Positions 13,401 through 25,783 of a DNA stretch of 64,000 nt are shown here, one piece after another; position 1 is the first letter of the stretch, and every line of letters starts with the position of its first letter. Location of the stretch: the NCBI GenBank assembly GCA_965240325.2, contig OZ251253.1, forward strand, positions 434,001-498,000, in the 5' to 3' direction. The stretch is from Rebecca billardiae RCC1528. Lineage: Eukaryota; Protista; Haptophyta. A model generated the notes under the pieces. It did no database searches. It worked only from the letters and a program-made list of their open reading frames with translations, and was not told the origin of the DNA. The position numbers were made by a program, and so were the translations under genes.

Positions 13401-15806
13401 GCGCTCACCGCGCGCGCACGCGCCGCCGCGCCGCGTGCCCGCGCGCGCGCAGGCTACATCGGCCCGAACGAGGACGCGACGTTCGAGGTGGCGTTCGCGC
13501 CCACGCAGCTCTCGCGCGACCTCTTCGCGCGGCCGCGGCTCAAGCTCGAGGGCGAGCCGGTCGCGCTGCCGCTCTCCCTAAGCGGAATGTGTGTCGAGGC
13601 GGAAGCTTCCGAGAAGCCGATTCAGTTCCGCGCAAAGGTGCGCGAGCGCGCGACGCAGCCGGTGCCGATCAAGAACACCGCGCTGTCCACGTGGACGGTC
13701 AAGCCGGTGATCGCGTCGGAGCAGTGGGAGGGCGAGCCGTCCATCGAGATCGCGCCGGGCGAGACCAAGAACTACGTGATCACCTACCGGCCGCTGACGA
13801 TGACGAGCGCAGACGCGCCGCACTCGGGTACCGCCTTTTTCCCGCTGCCGGACGGCCGCGCGCTGCTGCACGCGCTCGAGGGACAGGCGGACGCGCCGTC
13901 GAGCGCGGGGACGGTCTCGGTCGAGTGCCCCGCGCAGACGCGCAAGACGATCGTGCTCAGGGTCGACAACTGGCTCAAGAGCCTGCAGCGCTTCGCGGTC
14001 AAGGTCGAGCGGCCGCCCACAGACACAGACAGCGCCGTCACACTCAGCGGGTGCGCGCACCCGCCGCGGCCGCGCGCGCGCGCGGCCCGCGCGCGCGCCA
14101 GAGCCGCCAGAGGCCGGGAGCAAGGCGCCCGCAGCGCCGCGCCGCCGTGCAGCGTTGGGCGGGCCGCGCTGCCGTCGCGGTGGCGCGCGTGCGCCGTGGC
14201 GCGGCGGAGCGTGGCGGATGTCTCTCTCTCGCGCGCGCCTGCCTGCCCGCCTCCCCCCGCGCGGCCTCCGTCCCCGCCGGCGCTGCGCCGCCCTCTGACC
14301 CACCCTCCGCCCGCTCCTGCCGCGCCCCCCGCCCGGCCCGCCCCCGCTCCGGCGCGCGCGCAGCCACGACTTTGTGGACGTGCCCCCGAACCAGAGCAAG
14401 GAGTACGCACTGTCCTTCCACGCGTACAGGGAGGGCACCACCACCGCGGACGTCACGTTCACCAACGAGCGCACCGGTGCGCGCGCGCAACCACGAGCGC
14501 GCGCACGCGGAGCGCGCGCACGCGGAGCGCGCGCACGCGTATGCGCGCGCGCGCGCTCGTGGGCGCGCGCGCGCCCAGCGCCGTGCGCGCCCGCTCACGC
14601 ACGCGCGCACGCGCCAACCCGCCCGCCCGGCACCGCACCCTCCAGGCGAGTACGTGCACTACGCCGTCGTGGCGAAGGCAACGGCCGCGCCGATCGTCTC
14701 GACGATCGCGCTCGCCGCAACGGTGCGCCAACTCGTGACACACTCGCTCGACGTCGAGAACCCGCTCGACTCCGCCACCACGTTCGCCGTCTCGTGCGAC
14801 GCGGCGGACGTGAGCGTGCCCAAGACGCTCGAGGTGGCGCCGGGCTCGACGGCGGTGCTGCAGCTCGGCTGGCGCCCGCTCGTGGTCGGCGCGCAGCCCG
14901 AGCGCTCAGCGACGCTCACGCTGAGCGCGCCCTCCCTGGGGGGCTTCACGCACAAGCTGCAGCTGCGCGCGGCGCCCGCGGTCGACACGCGCACGCTGCA
15001 CTTCAAGGCGGGGCTCGGCGCGTCGCAGGCGCAGGCGTTCCGCTTCACCAACTTCCTGCGCGGCGCCGCGCCCGCCACGTACAAGTGCGCGCTCAAGGCC
15101 GGCACCGACTTTGAGCTCGAGGGCAAGGACGTGGTCGCGCAGCCCGCTCCGCCCGAGGGCGCGTCGGGGACTGAGGTGCGGCGCCGCGCGCCCGACGCGT
15201 TCCGTCGCGTCCCGTCGGCGCGTGCCGTCGGCTGCGGCCGCGAGCCGGGCGGTTGGGCCGGGCCGCGCGCGCGCGCGCGCACACGCACGTGGGCACCGCC
15301 CTCGCGCCGCGCCGCGCCCCGCTTCGCTCACGCGCCTCGCGCCCGCCCGTCGGCCGCGCCCGCCGCGCGCGCAGGTCGCTGTGGAGGTCCGCTTCGAGCC
15401 GAGCCGCCTCGGCACGCTGACGGACACGCTCACCATCGTGCACCCGGACGGCGGCGAGTTCATCTGCAACCTCGTCGGCGTCGGCGCCGAGCCGGGGCGG
15501 CACGGCCCGATCGCGATCAAGGCGGGCGGCAACGTGAGCGTGCCGTTCAAAAACGTGCTGAGCGCCTCCGTCGAGTTTGTCGCGTCGTGCACGCCCGCGT
15601 CCATGTTCACCGTGGGCAAGCCCAAGGAGACGATCGGCGCGCGCAAGCCGGCGGCGTTCGGCGTGAGCTTCAAGCCGGTCGAGGGCGCAGCCGCGGCGGG
15701 CGAGGACGTGCGCGGGCAGCTCACCATCGTCGCCAACGCGCCCGAGTCGGTCACCGGCTCGGACGCGCCGCTGCGCTGGGTGTACTACCTGCGCGGGGAG
15801 GTGTAG
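1..15806 (+). CDS. HYDIN: HYDIN (axonemal central-pair protein), 5'-truncated by window edge. Exons 125-499, 727-2370, 2501-3757, 3866-6318, 6576-12440, 12564-13152, 13453-14050, 14364-14476, 14646-15175, 15375-15806
   Basis: GT..AG splicing joins the ORF-track fragments into one frame (e.g. GLL|EPEQ, SG|HDFVDVPP, TG|EYVHY). Many ASH/Ig-like repeats (xDFGxV...F.L.N.G), a degenerate adenylate-kinase-like segment (ALVGAPMSGAPELARALAARY), and Hydin-like blocks FKHTAMFQTRSHAFELRN, RPYCHFELPESDYLS, TKRFYMVNPT and C-terminal WVYYLRG; stop TAG at 15804-15806. Confidence 0.93.
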
Positions 15807-16206
15807 GCGGCGCCGCTGGCGGCCGTCGCCGCCCGGACGGCGGGCCCGGGCGGTCGACCTGTCGGCTTCGAGCGACGGCCGACGACGCGGGCGCACGCCC
15901 GGCCTTGCGTCGCCGCCCCCGCGGCGACGCGGCTGGGCGGCGGAGGACTGGCGCCATGCTCTGTGGTCATCAAGCCTTGAAACTTTGAAGCTGAGCCTGA
16001 GACGCCCCCAAATTGTACAGTTAGATAGGCCACGTAGGTTCTAATGTGTACACCTTGCGATTGCCGATTGGGACCTCATCAGAAAAATATAGGAGACCAC
16101 GCCGCGAAAGCTCAGATTCGTGCGCGGAATGGCGCTCCGAAAATAGCAATCGGAGTCGGCGGACGGTTGTCATTGGCTGACAGTCGAAAGGACCATGACC
16201 GGCATA

Positions 16207-16800
16207 CAGGTGGATACGGGTGATCTGGACAGTGGCCGACCCAACTCACGCGGAGGCCTCCCTGGGAGCATTGGGGTCGAAGGGGCGCCAGGGACGGACT
16301 TCAGGGGGTCCCTGGAGTTCCGCCGCAGCGCGCTTTCTGCGCTGCGGGCCCGTCTCCGCGCGTGGCGGCCGCAATGGCACTGTCCAATTAGCCCCTGGCA
16401 CTGGCTGAGGCATGGGAATCGAGCTCAGAGACGCGCGCGCGGAGGAAAAGCGTGTGCAGTGGCTCGGACGGTTGCTCTGGGACCTACCCACGCCAGCGCA
16501 ACCGCGCCTTGCCTCGGAGTCCGCCCTTCCTGAGTCCGCGCACGCGCCTTGCGGCTTGAAACGCTGGCGTTCGCCCTTGTGCGCGGGACTCACGAAACAA
16601 GGCGAAGGCGGCGAGAAGCGCGACCTGGCGCGTGCGCAGACGACGTCTCACGACCAGGTGATTTCAGCGAACATCGTGCGCCGTCGTGGCGACCCGCAAG
16701 TGGGCGCTCGTGCTCGTTCGCCCACGAGCCCTCGCCACAAGGCCCGCCGCCCGCTGAGTGTCCAGATAGCCCCTGTGTCCAGATAGCCCGTATCCACCTG
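16207..16800. mobile_element. Non-autonomous TIR element (MITE), Tc1/mariner-like, 594 bp
   Basis: Left end TA|CAGGTGGATACGGGTGATCTGGACA; right end TGTCCAGATAGCCCGTATCCACCTG|TA. This gives 25-bp TIRs with 2 mismatches and TA on both flanks (16205-16206, 16801-16802). TGTCCAGATAGCCC occurs twice at the right end. No transposase ORF recognised. Confidence 0.82.
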
Positions 16801-16944
16801 TACGAACGCGCGCCCAATCTAGTTGTATCTTGAGCAATCTCAACGCCCAATACCCGAGCGACGACTATCAAAATTGAAAAGTCGTTGGCTTGACGCTACC
16901 ACTTTCAATTTCGGTCTGGACTCCGGGATCAGGGGGAGAGGAGG

Positions 16945-19900
16945 ATGGCACGCGCCGCCGCCTTGGCGCTCGTGGCGCTGCTTGCGCCCGCGGCCGCCGC
17001 GGTCGTGCATGCACGCCTCGATGCGCCCGAGTGCCACGTTATCGTCGAGCCGCACGGCGCCGCGACGTACTCCACGCTGCTGGCGGGCTCGCCGTGCAAG
17101 CGACAGGCACAACCGGCCGTTCGCTTCGAGCACATTGCGCTCGCGACGACGGGCGCGCCGCACGAGGTGGCGGTCTCGTTCGCGTTCTGGGCGACGCCGC
17201 GCGGGTCGGGCGCAGATGTGACGAGCGTTCGCATCCAGTTCCTCGCCTCGATCGATGGCGCCCCCTTCGCCCAGATCTGGTCCCGCACGCTTCCGCCCGG
17301 CGACGGCTCGCAGCAGTTGCGCCCGGGCCAGATGAACCACGGCTCGTTCACGCACGCGTTCGCGCCGGGCGCGGGCTGCGACGCCACCGTCGTCATCCGC
17401 GCCGGGCTCGAGGCCCGCGCGCCCACCGACGACGAGAATGCCGCCGAGTGCGCCGCTGACAACGTGGAAGGCGCGCTTCGGCTCGGCCGGGAACCGGCCG
17501 ACGGACAGGTGGCCCCTCGCCGACGCATGACCAACGTGAATGTGACTCGCAGCGGCGGTCACGACGATGACACCCACAGCGCCGGTGACGACGACGACGA
17601 TGACGATGGCGGCGACGACGACGACGACGACGATGACGACGATGACGACGACGACGACGGTGGCGATGATGACGATGACATCATCGCGCCGAGCCCGTCG
17701 CCGCCAAGCCCACCGCCGCCAAGCCAGCCGCCGGATGCTGATGGCGGTGACGATGACGACGATGACGACGACGGCGACGGCAACGACGACGATGGTGATG
17801 ATGATGACGACGACGACGACGACGGTGGTGGCGATGACGATGACGGCACCATCGCGCCGAGCCCGCCGCCGCCAAGCCCGCCGCCGCCAAGCCCGCCGCC
17901 GGGTGCTGATGCTGGCGACGATGACGACGACGACGACGATGGTGACGACGACGACGACGATGACGACGATGATGACGACGATGACGACGACGATGATTAT
18001 GACGATCCACCAAGCCCTCCGCCGCCGAGCCCTCCGCCACCAAGCCCACCACCGAGCTCGCCGCCGCTGCCTCAGCCGTCGCCGCCGCCGAGCTCGCCGC
18101 CAGATGCTGACGCTGGCGACGATGACGACGATGGCAAAGACGACAAAGATGACAAAGACGCGGTGATCCCTCCGCCGCCGAGCCCGCCGCTGTCGAGCCC
18201 GCCACCGGACTCGCTCGGTGGCACCTCGCCCCCAGCGTCACCGCCGCCGGGTGCTGGTGGCGACGACGATGATGACGACAACGCAGACGACGACGACGAT
18301 GACGACGACGATGGCATCATCGTGCCAAGCCCGCCGCCGCCAAGCCCACCGCCGCCAAGCCAGCCGCCGGATGCTGATGGCGGTGACGATGACGACGATG
18401 ACGACGACGGCGACGGCAACGACGACGATGGTGATGATGATGACGACGACGACGACGGCGGTGGTGGCGATGACGATGACGGCACCATCGCGCCGAGCCC
18501 GCCGCCGCCAAGCCCGCCGCCGCCAAGCCCGCCGCCGGGTGCTGATGCTGGCGACGATGACGACGACGACGACGATGGTGACGACGACGACGACGATGAC
18601 GACGATGATGACGACGATGACGACGACGATGATTATGACGATCCACCAAGCCCTCCGCCGCCGAGCCCTCCGCCACCAAGCCCACCACCGAGCTCGCCGC
18701 CGCTGCCTCAGCCGTCGCCGCCGCCGAGCTCGCCGCCGCCGCCGTCGCCGCCGCCGAGCTCGCCGCCGCCGCCGCCGCCGTCGCCGCCGCCGAGCTCGCC
18801 GCCGCCGCCTCCGCCGTCGCCGCCACCGAGCTCGCCGCCGCCGCCGCCGCCGTTGCCGCCGCCGAGCTCGCCGCCGCCGCCGCCGCCGTCGCCGCCACCG
18901 AGCTCGCCGCCACCGCCGCCACCAAGCCCGCCACCGAGCTCGCCACCGCCACCTCCGCCAAGCCCGCCTCCCAGCGTGCCGCCGCCCCCGCCCCCAAGCC
19001 CGCCTCCAAGCCCGCCGCCGCCTAGCCCACCGCCACCACCGCCACCTTCGCCGCAGCCGATGCCACCGCCAAGCCCTCCACCGCCCAGCCCGCCGCCGCC
19101 TCCACCGCCCTCGCCACCACCGATGCCCCCGCCGAGCCCGCCGCCGCCGAGCCCACCGCCGCCACCGCCGCCTTCGCCGCCGCCTATGCCACCGCCAAGC
19201 CCTCCACCGCCGAGCCCGCCGCCGCCTCCACCGCCCTCGCCACCACCAATGCCCCCGCCGAGCCCGCCGCCGCCGAGCCCACCGCCGCCACCGCCACCTT
19301 CGCCGCCGCCTATGCCACCGCCGAGCCCGCCGCCGCCGAGCCCACCGCCGCCACCGCCACCTTCGCCGCCGCCGATGCCCCCGCCGAGCCCGCCGCCGCC
19401 GAGCCCACCGCCGCCACCGCCGCCTTCGCCGCCGCCTATGCCACCGCCGAGCCCGCCGCCACCGAGCTCACCGCCGCCAACGCCGCCCTCGCCGCCACCG
19501 ATGCCCCCGCCGAGCCCTCCGCCGCAGCCGCCGCCCTTGTCAACACCGATGCCTCCGCCGAGCCCGCCACCGCCCAGCTCACCGCCGCCACCGCCGCCTT
19601 CGCCACCGCCGAGGCCCCCGCCGAGCCCGCCGCCGCCCAGCCCTCCACCGTCCCCTCCGCCCTCGCCGCCACCGATGCCTCCGCCGAGCCCTCCGCCGCC
19701 CAGCTCGCCGCCACCGCCGCCGCCGTCGCCGCCGCCGACGCCTCCGCCGAGCCCGCCGCCGCCCAGCTCACCGCCGCCACCGCCGCCCTCGCCGCCACCG
19801 ATGCCTCCGCCGAGCCCTCCGCCGCCCAGCTCGCCGCCACCGCCGCCGCCGTCGCCGCCGCCGACGCCTCCGCCGAGCCCGCCGCCGCCCAGCCCTCCAC

Positions 19901-20793
19901 CGCCCCCTCCGCCCTCGCCGCCACCGATGCCTCCGCCGAGCCCGCCGCCGCCAAGCTCACCGCCGCCACCGCCGCCCTCGCCGCCGCCTTTGCCCCCGCC
20001 GAGCCCGCCGCCGCCCAGCTCACCGCCACCGCCGCCGCCCTCGCCGCCGCCTTTGCCCCCGCCGAGCCCGCCGCCGCCGAGCCCTCCACCGCCCCCGCCG
20101 CCCTCGCCACCACCGATGCCCCCGCCGAGCCCGCCGCCGCCGAGCTCACCGCCGCCTCCACCGCCCTCGCCACCACCGATGCCCCCGCCGAGCCCGCCGC
20201 CGCCCAGCCCACCGCCGCCACCGCCGCCAAGCCCACCCCCAAGCCCGCCGCCGAGCCCGCCGCCGCCAAGCCCGCCGCCGCCGCCGCCTCCGTCGCCACC
20301 GCCCTCGCCCCCGCCGCCCGCGGATGGCGGTGGCGGCCCTGGCGGCCCTGCGCCGCCGCCCTCTCCGCCGCCGACGCCGCCGCCGACGCCTCCGCCGAGC
20401 CCGCCGCCGCCCCCTCCTCCATCACCGCCGCCGAGCCCGCCTCCGCCATGCAACGGCAACGGGGCGGTTCAGGCGACTGCGTACTCGGTCGGTCCTCCGA
20501 CGGGCTACTCGTGCGTGCCCGACGACAAGGCGGGGCCTCCCCGGCCGCGCGCGTCGAGTGTGCCTGACGTGGTGGGTGCGCGTGACGAGGACGAGTGCGC
20601 TGCCGCACTGTCCAGCGTGTGCTCGGTGTTCAGCTTCTGGGCGGACACGGGCGAGTGCTACTGCTGCCCCGGCACGTTCACGCTCTACCCGCGTGCGTCT
20701 GCATCGCTGTGGGAGTCGGAGTGGGTGTGCTCGCCACCGCCCGCGCCGCCAACCCCGCCGCCGAGCCCGCCGCCGCCGCCAACCCCGCCGCCG

Positions 20794-20825
<32 letters not shown>

Positions 20826-20856
20826 ACCGCCCTCGCCGCCGCCGGCGCCGCCGCCG

Positions 20857-20889
<33 letters not shown>

Positions 20890-20919
20890 CCTCCGTCGCC
20901 GCCGCCACGCCCCCCTCCG

Positions 20920-20952
<33 letters not shown>

Positions 20953-20970
20953 CCGCCCTCGCCGCCGCCG

Positions 20971-21003
<33 letters not shown>

Positions 21004-21033
21004 CCTCCGTCGCCGCCGCCACGCCCCCCTCCG

Positions 21034-21066
<33 letters not shown>

Positions 21067-24000
21067 CCGCCCTCGCCGCCGCCGAGCCCGCCGCCGCCGT
21101 CGGCCGTCGGCAGCGGCGCCGCCGAGCCCGCCCCGCCGCCATCGCCCCCTCCGCCCGGCGACTGGATCGCTGAGGCGGTGGTGGCGCTGCTCGACCTGGG
21201 CGTGCTGCCGGACGGGACGGCCGACGCCTCGAGCGCGAGCCTCGGCGGCGCGGGCGGCCTGGACGAGGCGTACGGCGAGGCGACCTACCGCGCCGACCGG
21301 ATCAACGAGGCGGTGGACGACTTCATCGCGAGCCGGCTGGGCACGCTCGCGCCGGGCGAGACGTTCTCCACGACAGTGGACACGCAGCACGGCGCGGCGG
21401 GCGTCACGCTGCAGCAGATCGACCCGTCGACGTTCGGGCTGAGCGACCTGGTGGTCGTCTCGCCCGTGGTGCCCGTCGCCGACGACACCGCCGCCGCCAC
21501 GTTCACCATCCCCGTGCCCACGCTCGAGTTCATGCTCGGCCGCGGCATGCTCAACGTGACCAACTTCTCCGACATCCGCGAGATGTATATCTCGGTCGTG
21601 CTGTGGGAGAACAACTTCCGCGCGTTCGCGCCGCTCGAGGGGCACGGCCTCGCGGACATGCTCACGAGCGTGGTCGTGTGGCTCAACGGCGCGCCGCTCA
21701 AGGTGGACTTCACGCAGTTCACGCAGCCGGGCGAGGCGCCGCCGGTCGTGCTGATCGAGCTGCCCGTCGACCCGGCCGAGCTGCCGCGCGACAACCAGGA
21801 CGGCTTCAGCTGCCGCTTCTGGGGCGGCGCGGCGTGGGACGGCGCGGGCTGCGTGGACGTGGGCGACCGCTTCGACTCGGTGGTCGAGTGCGAGTGCACG
21901 CACCTCACCGACTTCATCGCCGTGTACGAGGCGGCCGCCTCGCTTTCAGCCGACCCGTCGGTCGCGTCCACCGACCCGCCGCTCGAGGTGAACCAGATCA
22001 CGCTGGCGGAGGTCAACTTCTCGTACACGGCGCTGGTGCTCCTGTTTGCGCTGCTGCTCACGTACCTCTCGCTCTACTACTGCGCGCACCGGCACGACCG
22101 GCACGTCGAGCGCGAGCCGTACGTGCCGCTGTGGAAGCGCAAGGAGGCGGAGGGCTTCTGCTACGCGCTGGCTGCGGGGCTGATCGCGCGCTCGTCGCTC
22201 ACGTGGTGGCTCGCGCGGCTGCCGGGCGAGCTGGACACGTCGCGGCAGCGCGTGACGGTGCTGTACAACACGCTGCTCGCCGAGCTGCTCCTCGTCGCGG
22301 TGTTCATCGGGCAGCAGAACGGGCTCGCGCACCAGGTGCTCACGCTCGCCGCGGTCTCGATCGCGGCGGGCGTGCCCTTCGAGTTCGCCATCCACTTCCT
22401 CTTCCGCTGGGCGAACCGGCGGCGCCCGCTGCACCGGCTCAAGACGAGGCTGATCAAGAAGTACGGCCGCGAGCTCAGGCAGCAGTCGCTGTGGCGCCGG
22501 TTCTGCGGGTGCTGCCGCCGCGCGCTGCCGTTCCGGCTGGCGGTGAGCACGCGCGCGCCGACGCCGTTCACGGCCGTCGGCCCGCCGCCGCCGCCCGACG
22601 CGCCGCTGGCGTCGCCGCCGCCGAGCCCGCCGCGCCCGTCCGCGCGCTCGGCCGCGGCGGGCACGCGTCTGGGCGCGCTGCTCGGGCGCGCGCAAGTCGA
22701 GCGGCGCTCGTCCATTGACGCGCCCAACGCCGTCGGCGACGGCGGCTCGGACGGCGACGAGCCGGCGGACTCGCGCGCAGCGGCAGATCGGCGAGCGTCG
22801 GAGCTCGGCCTGCCCGACGACTGGCACGACCTGATCGCCGACGACGCCTCTGAGACGTCGTCCGGCGCGGCGGGTCTGCCGCTGGGCTTGCGCTCGCGCA
22901 CGGAGACGGGCTCGGAGGCGTCGTTGCCCTCGTCCGCCGGCGAGCACGGCGGCGGCGGCGGCGCGGCGTCCAAGCCCGCTGCGCCGCTCACTGACGGCGG
23001 CAGCTCGGTGCCGCTGCCACTGCTCTCCAGCGCGCACAAGCTGCTGTACGTCTGCCCGTCCAAGGTGGGCGTCGCGCCGCGCAGCGGCGACGACCTCGCC
23101 GATCTCGGCGCGCGCGACTCGATCCGGATGCCCGCCAAGGCGCTGATGGCGGTGCACACGCGCCGCGGCGAGATGGTCGGCTTCTTCGTGCGCGTGGGCG
23201 TGGCGGACGCGACCGAGGTCGCGCGGCAGCGCTTCCTCGAGCAGCGCGCCGCGATCGACGCCCGCCGCGGCATCCTCGACCGCGTGATGAGCTCCGTGCT
23301 CCCGACGCGCCGCGCGCGCCGCTCGCGCGCCGCCAACGTCTCCGACGGCGCGCGCGCGCAGACGCAGGGCTTCGGGCACACGGTGCACGCTGAGCACCGG
23401 CCGGCGCACATGCCCGACGTTCGCTTCGTGCAGGCGCACCTGGTGTACAAGGCGGCGGACGCGCCCGCCGACCAGGTGGCGACGCGCTACTACCGCCTCA
23501 AGCCGATCGCGGCCGCGCGGCTCGCCAAGAAGCGCAGCGCGATGGTGCACGTCGTGCCCTTCGGCTCGCCGTTCGTCGACGGGCGGCGCGTGGCCACTGA
23601 CGACCTCTTCTGCGAGCCCGACGTGGCGCGCGCGCAGCTGCTCGCCGCGTACGGGAGGCAGCGGAGCAAGCCCGCCGCGCGGCCTCGCCCGCCGCCGGCC
23701 GCAGCGGCCGCGCCCGCCGCCGCACACGCCGAGGGCGACGAGGTGGACTCGGCGACCGCCGAGATCTGGGGCGGCGCGCGCGGCGCCGCCGCCGCGCCTG
23801 CGCCGGCGGCCGCGGCGCCCCACTCGCCCACGCGCCGGCGGCTGCTCGCTCCCGGACTTTCGGATGTGTCCGAGGTGGAGGCGTACGGGCAGATCGACGA
23901 GAAGTCGCTCAAGGACGCGCGGCTGTGGTGGTCGATGCCGCGGCGGTGGAAGGTGCTGCTCGCGTGGAGCGTGCACGCCGTCCTCGGCCTCGGCATGTGC

Positions 24001-24249
24001 GCGGTGGTCATCCTCTTCTCGCTCACCAACCCGCTGCTCCGCGACGTGGCCACCTGGTCCGGCCCGATGGCCTCGACGCTCGTGCAGGCGCAGCTGCTCA
24101 AGCTGCTCGTGATGGAGCCCGCCGTCGCCTTCATCTCGCCCGTCGGCAGGCTCCTCCTCGGCTGCCTGCCCGAGGAGGTGCAGGACATGGTCGCCGAGTA
24201 CGTCGTCGCGCCCGTCGGCCGGCTGATGGGCCTGTGCGCCTTCCACTGA
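16945..24249 (+). CDS. Intronless 2434-aa surface receptor: signal peptide, Asp-rich and SPPPP-rich stalk, Cys module, GAIN/GPS domain, about 5 TM helices (polycystin-1-like)
   Basis: N-terminal signal (MARAAALALVALLAPAAAA). GPS motif CRFWGGAAWDGAGC...CECTHLTDF at ~21811-21915, followed by hydrophobic helices. Segments TSRQRVTVLYNTLL and LLAWSVHAVLG...LLVMEP resemble PKD1-family TM2-TM5 regions. Confidence 0.78.
17680..18737 (+). repeat. Intragenic direct duplication of ~420 bp (17680-18101 and 18316-18737; offset 636 bp) in GAC/GAT-rich poly-Asp sequence
   Basis: Near-identical DNA and peptide (PPPSQPPDADGGDDD...DDYDDPPSPPPPS...LPQPSPPPSSPP) occur twice. Confidence 0.9.
18644..21155 (+). 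repeat. Coding tandem repeats of extensin-like SP(3-6) units
   Basis: CCG-rich arrays encoding PPPSPPPPSPPPPPPPSPPPM units, interrupted once by a Cys-rich module at ~20449-20730. Confidence 0.92.
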
Positions 24250-25783
24250 AGAGCTCAGTGCGCTGACGACTGCGTGAGGCGCGCGCGCTACTACGACGCG
24301 ACTGCTGACGATAATAATAATGCGCTGATGACAGCGCGCGGTGATGCGGATGCCGTGATGATGATGATGACGATGACGATATGACGATATGTAGTCAGCG
24401 GCCACAGACCCAACAGAGGGCTCAGGACGGGGGTGGGAGAGGCCGAGAGGCCGCGGGTGACGCGTGTGGTCTGTGGATGGCCTCACAGGAGCCACACGAG
24501 TCATCAACGCAGAGTGGGAGGCTGACCAAGTTTTTGGCCCCCTCCTCGGGCGGAGCACGAGCGCGCCGCGCCGTTGGCGACGGCACGCGCCGCGCCGGTG
24601 CACCGGCGGCTCCAGCCACAGTCAGGCGGACGTCCACTGAGTGACTGACCCTATGGGGGGGGTGCATTTAGTCGAACCCCTGGGAGCCAGGGAGCGATGA
24701 GGGTACCAATCGAAAGATCTCCGGGGCGGCGGACGAAGTAACGTAGTCCTCATCGAAGTAATCGACGTCTTCTCACGCCTCGACGTGTTCGAAGGCGTCG
24801 TCACGTCGAACACGGAGGACTCCATCGTGCTGAACTTTTTTTTTCAAGTTCCCGGACTCCAACGGTGAGCTGCGGCCATGTCGGGTGTCGCAGCCGCGCC
24901 CGGCGCGCGGAGACGTCAGCTGGCCAAGCAGACAGAGGACCATCCGATGACGACGGGCTCGTTGACGCGCTCGCGTGGGTGGGACAATGCGCGCGCATCT
25001 CCCAACGAGCGCAGGTACACGGTGACCCTGGCTTGCCCTGGCCATACGGATTGCCGTTGCCCGAAGCACGTCATGGTTGCCGCCAGCACCGTTCACAAGC
25101 GCTTCACGGAGGAAGACGTGCTCCTCGAGCTGCTCGCGCCCCGGGCCGTGCCGTCAGCTCGCGGAGGCGCGGGCGTGCGCACGAGCTCGCGCTTGGCTGA
25201 CGGCTCAGCGAGTTCGCGAGCGCGCCGAGGTGCGGCGGCCGCGGCGGCGGTCACTGATGCGTCGCTCGATCCAGCACTACGCTACGTCTTGACTAGCGAG
25301 GGAGACGCCGAGATCAGGGCTTTGTGCGAGGCGTCGCATGGTCGTCGCGAGGCGGCGCACAGCTGACGCTGTCAATCGACGCCGCTGCACGGCTCCGGCC
25401 CTCAGGCTCAGCGCAGCATTTGCGGCAGTCTGCGCCCATGCAAATCTGGCGAGTTGGGCCCCTATTGAGGCGTATTTGGTCCTTCGATGGGCTGGGGGGA
25501 GCCCCCCCCAGACCCCCCCAAATGGTTAAATGCACCCCTGCTGGACGTCCCGGACAGTGACCAGAGCCCGGCGCGCGTAATAGCAGCGCGCGCTCATCCG
25601 TCGAGCACTCGCGACGAAGCAGCCGGCGCGCGGCGCAGCGGGCTGGCCGATGGCGGCAGGCGGCCATGCATGAACCTCGGCCGCCATCGGGAAAACCCGT
25701 GCTCACCGCCCGGACCACGATGACGATGCAAACCCATGGAACAGTGAGTGACAGAGCATATGTCAGCGGCGGCATCGAATTCG

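Noticed and set aside
6402-14738. Treating the 2778-aa and 1350-aa ORFs as separate genes
   Set aside because: They are HYDIN exons joined by stop-free introns; RARA-rich stretches mark the introns.
18708-20459. Glycine-rich 583-aa minus-strand ORF
   Set aside because: Antisense mirror of the proline repeats.
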